A DNA stretch of 20,000 nucleotides from Trichoplax sp. H2 (taxonomy: Eukaryota), in the NCBI GenBank assembly GCA_003344405.1, contig NOWV01000147.1:170951-190950 (forward strand), given 5' to 3'. Below, in pieces: positions 1-11,512 of the stretch. The notes below the pieces were generated by a model. The model ran no database searches, was not told the DNA's origin, and saw only the letters and a program-made list of their open reading frames with translations. Both the position numbers and the translations under genes were made by a program. Positions within the stretch are counted from its first letter, which is position 1; each line of letters begins with the position of its first letter.

Positions 1-58
1 AAAGTACAGAGCGGTAAAATTCCGACTTAAACTCAAAATTTACTGTTCCAATGCATAG

Positions 59-1983
59 ATAATCTGCAGCATAACGGGAGAGCTTTTCTTAAGGGATATA
101 TAGAAAAACTAGTTAAAAGGTAAGTTTGAAAATGTACACAGTGGTTTCTCAGTTAATTATACGGAACATTTTACTGGATACAGTATAATAAATTGTTAAA
201 TAATTTTCGATTAGGGTCGATATTGTGCATATCTTCGTCCTCGATCTAGCGATCGAAAGTTACAAGCAGTATTTGACGTCAAAACGTTACAAGAAAAAGT
301 AAGATATAAAAGATTTACCTCCTAAGTAACACCAGTCAATTGTATTTTAAAAATTCTTACCAATATCATCATAAATAAGATCTTGATATCAACCCTACGA
401 TCAATGCTTGAACTACTTGTATATTCACTTTATACTTATACTGTATATCTAGAATTATATTACATGACGGTTACTCTGATGTGGTCGGATGGGATAATAG
501 CGGGTAACTTATCAACGTTATGTTAATCGATTATACATATTGTAAAAAGTTATTGTTAAGGTTTTATGCAATATGTATAGTAACTAGATTAATATCTATC
601 GTTTATCCCATTGCAGCCAACAAGATTGCATTCGCTGGCAATCACCAGATGGCATCTATCAGCAATTTAATAATGCGCTAAAGAAAAATAAAAGTAATCA
701 CCACGAGCATTGCTACGGATTATTTTACAACTATGCACAGAAACATTACAAAATCCAAATCGTGCAGTAAAGTTGTATATAATAACACTACACCTGATAC
801 AATCTATGCAGAGCTTATAAAGATAGTAAAGTAGTTTATCAACCAATAGCTGACATGGTTTTATTTCTAATAGATATCTCCAATGCTGCATCGGTAGCTG
901 TTGTAGTCGATTCCTTAAGCCCATTTTTATCGCACAACTCTACTAATCATGTCTGCCTAAGTCTACAACAGCTAATGATGCCAGATACAAACATTAATCA
1001 AGGTAATTCAAAATTTTGAAAAAGACTATAAAAAGTTTGTAGATCTAATGTCTCCAATGTCATCATTCTTTTAAATTACAAATAATCACTTTTCGCCACT
1101 TTTTAGAGGACCTTAAGATAACTCAAATAGTCGCATTACTACATTCTGACCTACACGATGACTATGAAATATCTGCCATGAAGCACATCGCATCAACAAC
1201 TATTAGCCTTTGTGAAATGAGTATTGAGGACAAGTTAAAATTTGACGATTTAGGTTATAAATCGATCGCTTCATCATTGCAATAAATAATCACCATTAGG
1301 CAGGCAATATTGAAATCTATCTTAATTATACATTGCTTAGAAAATACATTTTATTTCGGCTTATGCAAAACAAATCACATCAAGAAATCTGGAAAAATAA
1401 TAAATAAGGTATTTGCTACATATGTTCAAATAAGGGAAGACATCTAAAAATCGGCATTTCTTGTTGATAACAGTATGTCGACATAGTGTTATCTCGTAAA
1501 ATTTTAATTTTTCTGCCTTTTTCAATATTAGAAAGAAGTTTATGGTATTTATAATGATTTCGTGATTCGGATATTTGAATATCACCAGACTGATATTAAA
1601 TCTTCTACATTGGATAAAAGTACTTCGGTAAGCAGAAGGCTACATTCGTTCTCATGTATTATAATCATCTGAACCACATAGTATTCCTGAAACAGAATAA
1701 TTCTACTAGGTATAAGTTACTTTACACGTGTCTAAATTAGATACTACGTATCATGTGTTATTTTTAGTCTGATCCAACAGAAAATCTCACTTTCAACTTA
1801 AAGCTAACACAATCAGAAAAACAAGCAAGGTCTCGTTTGAAATTGCCTTATACCTACAGCGATGAACGTAAAGCAGCTGAATTAAGTCAGCCTACCGCAT
1901 CTTCTGGTGGTAAAATATTTTATCAACCAGATGAAGTCGATGACTTTGATGAAGAAGATCCAGATGATGATCTTGACATATAA
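59..1983 (+). CDS. ELP5: Elongator complex protein 5 (5'-truncated by window edge; 8 exons visible)
   Basis: Phase-consistent GT-AG exons: 59-119, 215-298, 453-503, 617-693, 874-1002, 1107-1253, 1341-1408, 1532-1627 plus terminal exon 1768-1983 (TAA). The translation has ELP5-type motifs HDGYSDVVGW, VVVDSLS, LLHSDLH and KKSGK. It ends in the characteristic C-terminus DPTENLTFNLKLTQSEKQARSRLKLPY...GGKIFYQPDEVDDFDEEDPDDDLDI*. The start exon lies upstream of the window. Confidence 0.9.
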
Positions 1984-3377
1984 TGCTACCTTATGCAAGA
2001 CTTGATCTGAAGATTTTTCTTGACGAATTTGGGTTTTGTCATTTTATCACTGCAGCATTTCTGTCTTTTAAAAAGTTAACTGCTAGTTACTGAATTATGT
2101 AAATATTTTAATTATTGCGTGCAAATTACGGTACAATTCGCTCCATCCACAGCTGAAAAGCTAATTTTTTAAGCTCATTACCAAACGTAAATTGCACAAA
2201 CTCTTACGGAACCCAATCATTTGAATCACATAGCTGAAAAACGTGTATACTTATAGCACTCTAATGTACTAACCACTGTACGTACATTATTCGTTGACTT
2301 TTGGAACCCAACTTATTACCATTGAATTGTAACAAATCATTCAGATCCAGCAATACAAATTGATTTTTATGATCATTCATATCGTCCGATACGACAATTA
2401 AAGTACTGTAAAAAATTTTTTACTTAATTATAATTGACCATACTCATGGTCAAGACTTTATTGAGATTATCTGGTACATATAAGGCTTTCATTTATATTA
2501 CATCATTTGAATTATGGTTTTTATAAGGTATCCATTGAAAGTCAATATATATTAAACATGAATGTAGGTTCTAAATTTTCCTACGGCATGTCACATAATT
2601 CTATATCAAACAAGATATTGAAAGTTTATACAAGATTTTATATTTAAATAAAGTATCAAGTTTATCTCAACGTAACAGTACCATATTTTGTTTTTTGGTT
2701 CCACACTTTGGTAACTTATTTCAGTACTAAGTAATGTACTAGTGTTATCAATATCTTTCATAAAGTGATCTGGATTTCTTGCTATATTAAGGAATTATAG
2801 TTTCTTGGTATCTGACATTATCAGTTAACGTTAATGAATTAACAGGCATATATAATATCCTCTCAATACATCAATAGCTGTGCTTGTATCCAAAGAATAT
2901 TGAACTTGCACTATACTGTACGACTATTCATAAAGCATTATTAAAATATTTTAACCTATATTCCTGCAATTACTTTGCAGTAACGTAAGTACTTACTTAA
3001 ATAATAGTAGACTGTAACTGGCAAAATTTACGCACAGGGTAAAAAACACCATTAATTGATCATAAATCTGGATCCATGTATCTTATAAAAGATAATTTAC
3101 AAATTTGCTAAACTATCACTATAGTATTCATTATTACGTTGCAATCTTATTACACGATAAGGTGCAATTTATTTAATTAATGTTATTAAGAATTTCAGGG
3201 TAACATCATATTTTACACTGCCAAAGTAGATATCTAATTTACAATAAGATCGTAATATAATTATGGATCATCGATAAGGGAAGATATTACAGTATAATAT
3301 ATACGAATAATAATAGCGATTTAATAAAACAGTGCATAATTTAAAAATACCTCGAACTATTTAAGTTGTATTTTTTT

Positions 3378-4174
3378 TCATCTGCTCTGTAAATACAATA
3401 GTGTTCTCTGCTTTATATCCGCTTCAGCAATAGTCATTGATAAATTATCAAATTCGCGTTTAGGAATTTCATTAGTAACAAGTATAAGACTTAAAACTTC
3501 AAGAGATTTGGCAGCGTAAGCAGCATATCGAATGATGTCATTTAAAGTATTACTTCGCCGAAACCATCTTTCGATCCTTTTTCCATTATTAAGCTTAACG
3601 GCTAACATAATACGATCTTCATCTTGATCATCTGGTTCTGGTGGTATAGGAATTTGTCGCCATGATTTCTAAATAAAATATTGACAACCATAAATATGAT
3701 ATCAGCTAGTCAGAAGAATAAAACACTGTATGATGGTAAAGTATAATAAAGTTATAATTTTATCTAGCTTACCGGATCGCTCGCTCTTCTAGCTAAATGA
3801 TTTCGTTTAAAAGTCGACGTTGTTGCATTGCTATTGGGAGGATGCGGTCGGAAAATTGGTGTTACTGTTTTAATGTCAACTGTGTCTCGGTTACCAATAG
3901 AAGGCAATCGTTTATATTTAGATAGAGACGCTGCGGTTGATTCAGGTGCTGGAGGGAAATTAGGCAATGCGGAATCTTGCGATAGCCCTCGAACTAATGG
4001 TTTACTGCTTGATGCAGTTACATAGGTTGATTGAAGCTCTGATTTTGTATTATCAGGAGCGGTATGAGTCCTTTCACTTGAATGCTGATGATATGAAGGA
4101 GACGAAGGAAGGCTAGTAGGTGGAGGTCGTCGCCGTCCCTTTGCTGATTGTGGTCGATTTCTTGTAGAGCTCAT
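3378..4174 (-). CDS. UBXN10: UBX domain-containing protein 10-like (p97/VCP adaptor), ~230 aa, 2 coding exons
   Basis: Exons 4174-3773 and 3668-3378, joined by a phase-0 GTAAG...TTTAG intron (3772-3669). C-terminal UBX domain: PPEPDD..RIMLAVKLNNGKRIERWFRRSNTLNDII..EIPKREF..TIAEADIKQRTLLYL. N-terminal RPQSAKGRRRP and SLSKYKRLPSI match the RPKSAKGRTRP and SLNKYPVLPSI motifs I recall from vertebrate UBXN10. Confidence 0.85.
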
Positions 4175-6329
4175 TATAGTTGGCAGCCACAAAATTCATA
4201 TAATTAAATTGACAACTTTCCAAGATTTGAAGATACCATCACACTCTTTTTATTTTAAGCAATTCTTACAAAATCTGTAATCATAAATTAAATGTTTTTG
4301 AATGACAATATTATTATCAACAAGATATTTTTATATCATAATACTAGTGCTATCTAATACTTTTACTTAAAATTTAAGTTTACATCTATGAAATATTTAG
4401 TTATAAAAAAATAACGATATACCGTAGCTTGCGTTTGTTATTAAAATAGTTTAGGTTCTATGTTATGAGTTACTGCATTGTAAATTGACCTGGTGCGCTT
4501 TTAGATGACTACTACATGGCATGCACAACTTTCATATAGCAAATATGGCACCGTAATATAAAATTTTGTTAAATACTGTAGTCATTTAACGATCGCTACA
4601 AAAAGCTTCCAAAGTATATTAAACTCAAAGCGTTTCATTTACTCACTTAACCGGATGTCTGTACAGGTATAGAAATACGAAAGAACACTAAAGTGAATAC
4701 GTTAGCTTCAAAAGCTGATTATTGCTTTAAAATTTTACGTAACTATCTTAGATAATGATTAAACAACACACTGTACCGTCATAGTATATATCGTTACACA
4801 TGCTGCGTATAGCAGAATATTTGCGTTTATCCTAAAAACTATTGCTGCTATCGCACATAACTCTCCCTATACTTCAGTAACCGAAAACTTAATATTGTTC
4901 TATCTGATATGGACTAAGACAATGCACTCGTTTTATTAATATCTATAGGCTTCCAAATATTATATTGTAGTATTTCATTGACAATATAGTAATTCTAGTA
5001 CAAAAATATTAATCCTCGTTATATTGACTTAAACTTGTAGTTCTTATTGAGTTGGAATGGTACCGGTAATTATCGTGCTTTATCTGATTTATTGAGCACA
5101 GATTTATTCTACGCTACTATACGTAGTAGATTTACTCGACTGATTAAATCGTGGTATTGATAACGGAGAATGGAAAATTAATATTAAGGAGGTATTAGCT
5201 ATAAACTACCTCATGCTACAAATATAGTATTCAATACCATACTGTTTATGACTATTATAACATATTTCATAGGTATTCAATCGTATGGAATTAAAACTTT
5301 AGTAGTGACCGTAATTTAATCTGATTAACTTTCTCACTTCACCCTCTTCAGTACTACTTTGGAAAATATAGACGGTATATAATTATATAGTATACTCGTA
5401 TACGCCTCTCTAAGAATAGAATGGGAAGTAAAATGCGAATAGCTATGCTTATATCTACAGCATAATGATCATTCACAGTGACCACTGGCATATTAAGCTT
5501 GGTCATATATGCGGTTTAGGAGGAACGTTAATACCCCACTACGCCTAACTTATTGATAGACAGAGTCACAATGATACATAATCAACCTATTTTAGTCAAC
5601 CATAAGATAGGGTATACTCGTCCATATATCTATTTCATATTTAAAAATCATTGACAGTTTATCAATCTCAGTCCGCGACTGTATTGCGTATTTTTGTAGT
5701 TCATTATCATAATCACAACCGTTCTTTGTATGCCTCTAATATTCGAGATTAGAATTCTCTGTATAAATTGTCCCTACCCGTCCCCATGCATGTCTAATCT
5801 GCGAGTATATAAATAAGTTATAAATACCTTCTTTTTTTTCCATTATTTCATTGAAAACCTGTACTTCTTTCCTATATTCACAGCCAAGAATAAATTTAAA
5901 TATTCCGATCGGCAAATAATTTTCCTCAAGTCTATCATACGCGTAAAAGGAAGTTCTTCAATCATTGACCAATATAATCAATTCAGATGTCAAGCAAGTA
6001 CATCCTGGGCTCAATCATATTGCCTTTGTGGGTGGGTGGAAAATATCACCAATAGAACCAGTAATCGTTGGCTATAACTTTAATCTTATAGCAACATAAA
6101 CTAAAGTTGTAATATGGATATTGACCGTTGTCCAATAAGACTGCAAATAGGGAAAATGGTCAATACAGTAGATTAATTGCTTCTACAGTATACAGGAATA
6201 TTCTACCCATATCAAGCAGTCGATGGTATACTATTCCGTGTTGATTGGCCAAAGTATGAGGTTGCTTACTCCGCATGAATAACAGTACTCAATCAGTAGT
6301 TATATTGATAGTATTTAGTAAGATTCAAT

Positions 6330-7000
6330 TTGAAAAATTGGGAAATGGTTTCCCATGATCGTTGATGGCCGTAGTCTGCGCTCTGCAGGTGCAATCGGAG
6401 CCTGGCTGAGAGGCGTCCCCCGTTCCTATGACAACTGGAGTTGACTGGAGCTAGTGGCCAGGATCATTTTTGCATACTGTACACAGTACTGATACGCATG
6501 TAGCATTGCACGTTATACTGTACTAGTATGACCAATCGCCACCGAGCTGACTCATCGCTGCAGCAACTCGATCATACAGAATCCAGTTCTGCAGTATCAC
6601 GCATGAGTCATCTCACTGCAAGTGCAACATCATCTCAATAGCAGCATTGTAGACGTTTCGGATCGTTTCGGATCGTTACGTTTGACGTGATGGTACTAAC
6701 AGTGTTGACCCTGGTGAAAGACTGATAACACACTTTGTATGCCCACTGCAGTACAGTACAGGACAGTAGTGTGCTGTCCAGTATGCCTACTTTCAAGTGG
6801 TCCGTGCCTGGACCGTCACGTCACTTCATTGTGCGACTCACAACGAGCCCGCAACAATTTGAAATCTTGGCCAGCGTGTGCAAGCCATTTTCCTTCTCAC
6901 TTCCATCACTGCCAGCTTTCCATTTTATCCACTATAACGTAGGATAGCCTGCCTTGACTGCTGGAGGAATCCAATTTATTCTATTGCATTCGATAGCCAA
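6330..7000. promoter_or_regulatory. Putative promoter region of DDX19 (possibly bidirectional)
   Basis: Locally GC/CpG-richer than its flanks and directly upstream of the DDX19 ATG (7018). Contains AP-1-like TGACTCA (6548-6554) and TGAGTCA (6604-6610), CRE/E-box-like TGACGTGA (6683-6690), and a direct repeat CGTTTCGGAT x2 (6654-6673). Function is inferred from position only. Confidence 0.45.
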
Positions 7001-7017
7001 GTAGACTGATTCATATC

Positions 7018-10000
7018 ATGGATGATGACTGGGGATTAGCAGCTCGTAAGCAAGATGAACAAGCCAAATCCAACGAGGTATCTTCTTGATAAAGCATGAT
7101 GCATATTTCAAATGCCATCGCAAGACTGTACAAGGCGATGTTGTCTGCCAATTTTGAAACAATTTAAGCGCGTGATAGTAGGGGCCATCGCTTACAGGAT
7201 CATAACACCATGCTAGTCATGGCTGTTATTTTTTGGAACCTATTTTACCGAAAGGATTTACAGCTGTAGAGTCCAGAATGCAACCCGATGATAATTTCAA
7301 TTCGATTCGCTTGTAAAAATCGACTAGGTACCAATAGGGGGCCGTGATGATAGGACTAGTCGATGGGAAGATACTGTGTGGGATATTATTCTAAATTGAA
7401 AATAGTCCATGAAGATACCTTACTATCCATAAACTGTTGTAGCAAAATTGAATTTTTCCCGAGTATAGTATACACTTTAGGTTGATTTCATTCGATCGAG
7501 GGGATGTGGATAAGCAGAAGCAGGATACTATCGATCCTTTTGACCAATATTGTCTCTTGTCCAGTGACCGCTACGACGAATAAGGCGATTGAAAGCAAGC
7601 AGGTAGTTCAAGAGCAGCTGATTTCCGTCTTGTGATAATCGGACAAGATAGCAGCAGATCATGGTGCATCCCTACAAACTCTCAATCAATGTCGTTAAAA
7701 TGTAGCAGTCTACTTGGGCATGACATCCAACTCTAGACTTTAATTTGCTACTAAAGGCGTGCTACGACCGTGTTCTTGTAATAGATGCAGTCGTTGTTAA
7801 TCGCAACAGTCAAGGCCTTTGACTCAAGGATTCATAATAGTTCGATCGAGATTTCCCTATGGACTTTACATGCAACAGCCAATACATGAAATCTACCGCT
7901 TATGGATGAATTAGCTCGCACTTTGCTACCATTCATTCAAGTTAAGCGACCTAACTAGTCGCCTTCAGGATTTTAAATTACTGCCATGTGACTCGAGCAT
8001 GTTTTTGCCTTCTTGGCCGCCTTGCTTCCGCTGATAACACGCACAAACATTGCACGAGTAGACGCTTAAGATGTTCGCCGGTACTCGATAGTCAATTCAA
8101 TGCCTGCCAAATGCCCTCATAGCTGCTCATTTTACGCGGACTGATCGCATCATTTCATTATCAGTAAACAAGATCATCATGAGATGGAATGACTACAAAT
8201 GATCCATGAAGGCAATGATCGTAAAATGATTGAGCAAAGAATCGCAGTTAAGTACTACAGAATTCATAGAAACCCTATCCACTATGGATGCCAAAATTCG
8301 CCACAGACTTTCCAATATTTTCGGCATTTCGTGAAGTATGGTAGTGACTTCATTATAGCTGCATTCGTCTCTTCAACGTTATGTTTAATAGTTAATCAAG
8401 CCGAAAGGAAGGTCACTCAATGGATATCTCGATCATTGACTATGCATTTTACGGTATTTTACCTACGTCGATGTTATCCGACTAACCGCGTCTCAATTTT
8501 TTTCATTAGTTGTAGTTTGACTAACCCTGGGCAAGATCTAATGTACAGTGTATGCGCCGACACGAATAATGGTCCAATTTTTTGCAGTGAGCTACGCTTT
8601 TAGTCAATGCTTTAGTATGGTTATCCTATTATAACCAAAAGCATTAATATTGAGAGCTCTTGACTTGATTGATCATAACAAGTACAATCATGAGTCAATT
8701 ATCTCTAGCGAGCAATATAAAACCAGGCGGCAACATGTGCAGCCGGTCTAGTAGCTACGTTAGTACGTAAGAGTGTGAATTAGACTTCCTTGAATCCTTA
8801 CAAGATGCTAAGTAAACCATCCTAGTAGATTGCATTTTGGATGTGTAACATCCATGTCAAAGAGATACAAGTTTGAACCCTCAACTTGTAAAGAAAGGAT
8901 AAATCTATAATTGTTAACTGATCATTTAGTCATGCACACCTTACACTGTATCTTACTGTGGTATCGATTATGTCATAATCACCACACACATTTTTCAATT
9001 GACCCTTGAATAATTAATCCATCCATTCATTTTAATTTTAAGCAAGGTGAAATCAGCTACATAGCAAGAATGATATCTCATACTATTACGTTGTCTTTTT
9101 CTTTTTAGCAGAAAAAGAAGGCCGATGAACCTACAACCAGCTCGGCTACAGGTGAGTATCTTGCATTGATAGATAGTTTGATATGCAGTAGGTGGAAGGA
9201 AGGAGCTAATTGAATTTTATATAACAATGGTAAAAAGCAGGGAAAGATTCAGACACTACTTCAACCTCTACTGAGGATGATGCTGGAATTTCATCAGCAG
9301 AAATGTCTCTTTTAAATAAGGTTTTACGCTCCAAGCTCGTTAGCACTACTGCTGACATTGAAGTTCAGCGTCAAGATCCAAATTCTCCGTTATATTCCGT
9401 AAAATCTTTTGAGGAATTAAATTTGTAAGCCACGTAATATCTTTTCAGACCTTTGAAACGGTAACAAAGAACATCATTTAAACTAAATGATAACAATTTC
9501 AGGGCAGAAGCTGTTCTGAAGGGTGTATACGGCATGGGCTTCAACACTCCATCTAAAATTCAAGAAACCGCTTTGCCACTCCTTTTAGGAGCCAAGTAAA
9601 AGCAATCGAATATCTCTAATTTGTTGACATCATTGGATTGTATTAACTATTTTCTTTGTAAATTGATCCTTCCCAGGCCGTCGAATATGATTGCACAATC
9701 ACAGTCGGGAACAGGAAAGACTGCCGCATTTGTATTAACGATGATCAGTCGAATTGATCCAAACAAAGAATATCCTCAGGCAAAGCAGATTTACTAGTTT
9801 CTACTCTTGGATTAACGTGGCGTTCTCATGCTTTCCATATTTTACAATTTAGGCCCTTTGCTTGTCACCAACGTTAGAATTAGCACAGCAAACGGGTAAA
9901 GTTTGTAAACAAATGAGTAAATTCTTAGATATTAAAATAGCAATGGCGACCAGAGGAGAAGAGCATGGTAAATATTATGATCTAGTTAACCTGGACGATA

Positions 10001-11053
10001 ATAGCGAAGCGTAACCAGTTTACACATGCTCCTCTTAGGTAGACGAAGGGAAAAGAAGGTAGAGCAAATCATTATTGGTACTCCGGGTACAATTTTGGAC
10101 TGGATTAGACTGAAATTATTTGATCCTAGCAAGTTGGGTATATTTGTTTTGGACGAAGCGGATGTAATGATTGATACACAAGGCCACCGTGATCAATCAA
10201 TCAAGGTGCACAGGTAGGGAGTATAGTGCTATGAAGACTAAATTGGATCGGTATTATCGATGCAAATCGTTGGCTATACAAGTAATACTAAATGAAAGAC
10301 TTGAACGTCTAGGCACTTGAAGAAAAGTGCTCAATTTCTCTTGTTCTCCGCGACGTACGAAGATCGTGTCATGAAATTTGCAGAATCCATCGTTCCAAAT
10401 CCCGTTATTATCAGATTAAAACGTAGTGAAGAAAGCTTAAGCAACATTAAACAATTTTATATTCGGTGTCAAGACCGACAAGAAAAATTCGAAGCACTAT
10501 CTAATATCTATGGAACTATTAGCATCGGCCAAGCCATGGTCTTTTGTCATGTAAGCCACTACAGTAGATTGCGATTTATAGTAAACCCTTATTGCTGCTA
10601 CCGAGATAATGTATGATGTGGTTTTATTACGTCTAGACTAAAAAATCTGCGCAATGGTTAGCTATGAAGATGAAAGAAGATGGTCACGCTGTGGCTTTGT
10701 TAACGGGAGACAATTCTCCTGAAGAGCGTATGTTTGTCATTGATAGGTACAGAAGTGGAAAAGAAAAACTTTTAGTAACAACTAACGTATGTGCTCGTGG
10801 TATTGATGTGGAGCAAGTGTCTGTTGTCATCAATTACGATGTGCCTCTTGATGGCCGTGGAATCCCTGATTGCGAGACTTATTTACATCGAATTGGTAGA
10901 ACTGGTCGTTTTGGAAAGAAAGGTATTGCTATTAATTTCGTGGATTCTGACCGATCTTTCAATAATTTAAAGTCGATAGAGAAACATTTTGGTCGAAAGA
11001 TTAATCAGATTATAGCAGACGACCCTGACCAGTTGGAACAATTAGCTGATTGA
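7018..11053 (+). CDS. DDX19: ATP-dependent DEAD-box RNA helicase DDX19/DBP5 (DDX19/DDX25 family), ~475 aa, 9 exons
   Basis: Exons 7018-7077, 9109-9151, 9241-9424, 9503-9595, 9677-9779, 9853-9967, 10039-10213, 10313-10550, 10637-11053 sum to 1428 nt in frame. Motifs: [10 protein letters not shown]-terminus, [18 protein letters not shown] motif [44 protein letters not shown] and [12 protein letters not shown]. Confidence 0.96.
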
Positions 11054-11362
11054 GGACGAACAATGTGATCGAGCCTGGTTTATTACCATACTCTGTATAT
11101 TAGCAATATTAAGTTTAATATCACGGTGAAAGTTGTTTGATTGAAACCATGAAAATGCTATAATCTCACAGCGGTTTCGTTTGCTTTTCGATCTGTTGTA
11201 AATGATGAAAGCATATTGACGAAAAGTAGGTGTTGAAACTGTCAAAGTAGTCGTTCAATTTAAAGATTACAAAATTATCTATACCTTCTTTTGCACGGTC
11301 TGTACGTAGGTTGATATGGAATAGTGAAGCCGTGTCTATGCTTTGACTTTCTAAAATGTATT

Positions 11363-11368
11363 AATAAA
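11363..11368 (+). terminator. Candidate polyadenylation signal (AATAAA) for DDX19
   Basis: AATAAA ~310 nt downstream of the DDX19 stop codon. Positional inference only. Confidence 0.35.
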
Positions 11369-11512
11369 AGGAAACGTTGACAGATGCATTATAGCGAGAG
11401 GAAATGGATCATTTTGATGAGGATATTGAGTCGTACTGTTGTTGTACTTGTATACAGTACAGTGCATCTATTCAGTATACGTATGGCAAAAATGAATTGA
11501 AGTAGTTGCAAG

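Noticed and set aside
667-1585. Minus-strand ORFs 667-924 and 1361-1585
   Set aside because: Antisense to well-supported ELP5 exons and introns, with no protein-like motifs.
6735-6947. Short ORFs upstream of DDX19
   Set aside because: Short ORFs in a promoter/5'UTR-like region with no recognisable homology.
7344-7450. C/D snoRNA candidate (GTGATGA box C) in DDX19 intron 1
   Set aside because: No CTGA box D at a suitable distance and no terminal stem.
8199-8603. 134-aa ORF inside DDX19 intron 1
   Set aside because: No recognisable domain, atypical composition, and not needed for the DDX19 frame.
8543-8950. Possible MITE bounded by TACAGTGTA...TACACTGTA
   Set aside because: The inverted match is only 9 bp and does not extend; such words are common in this window.
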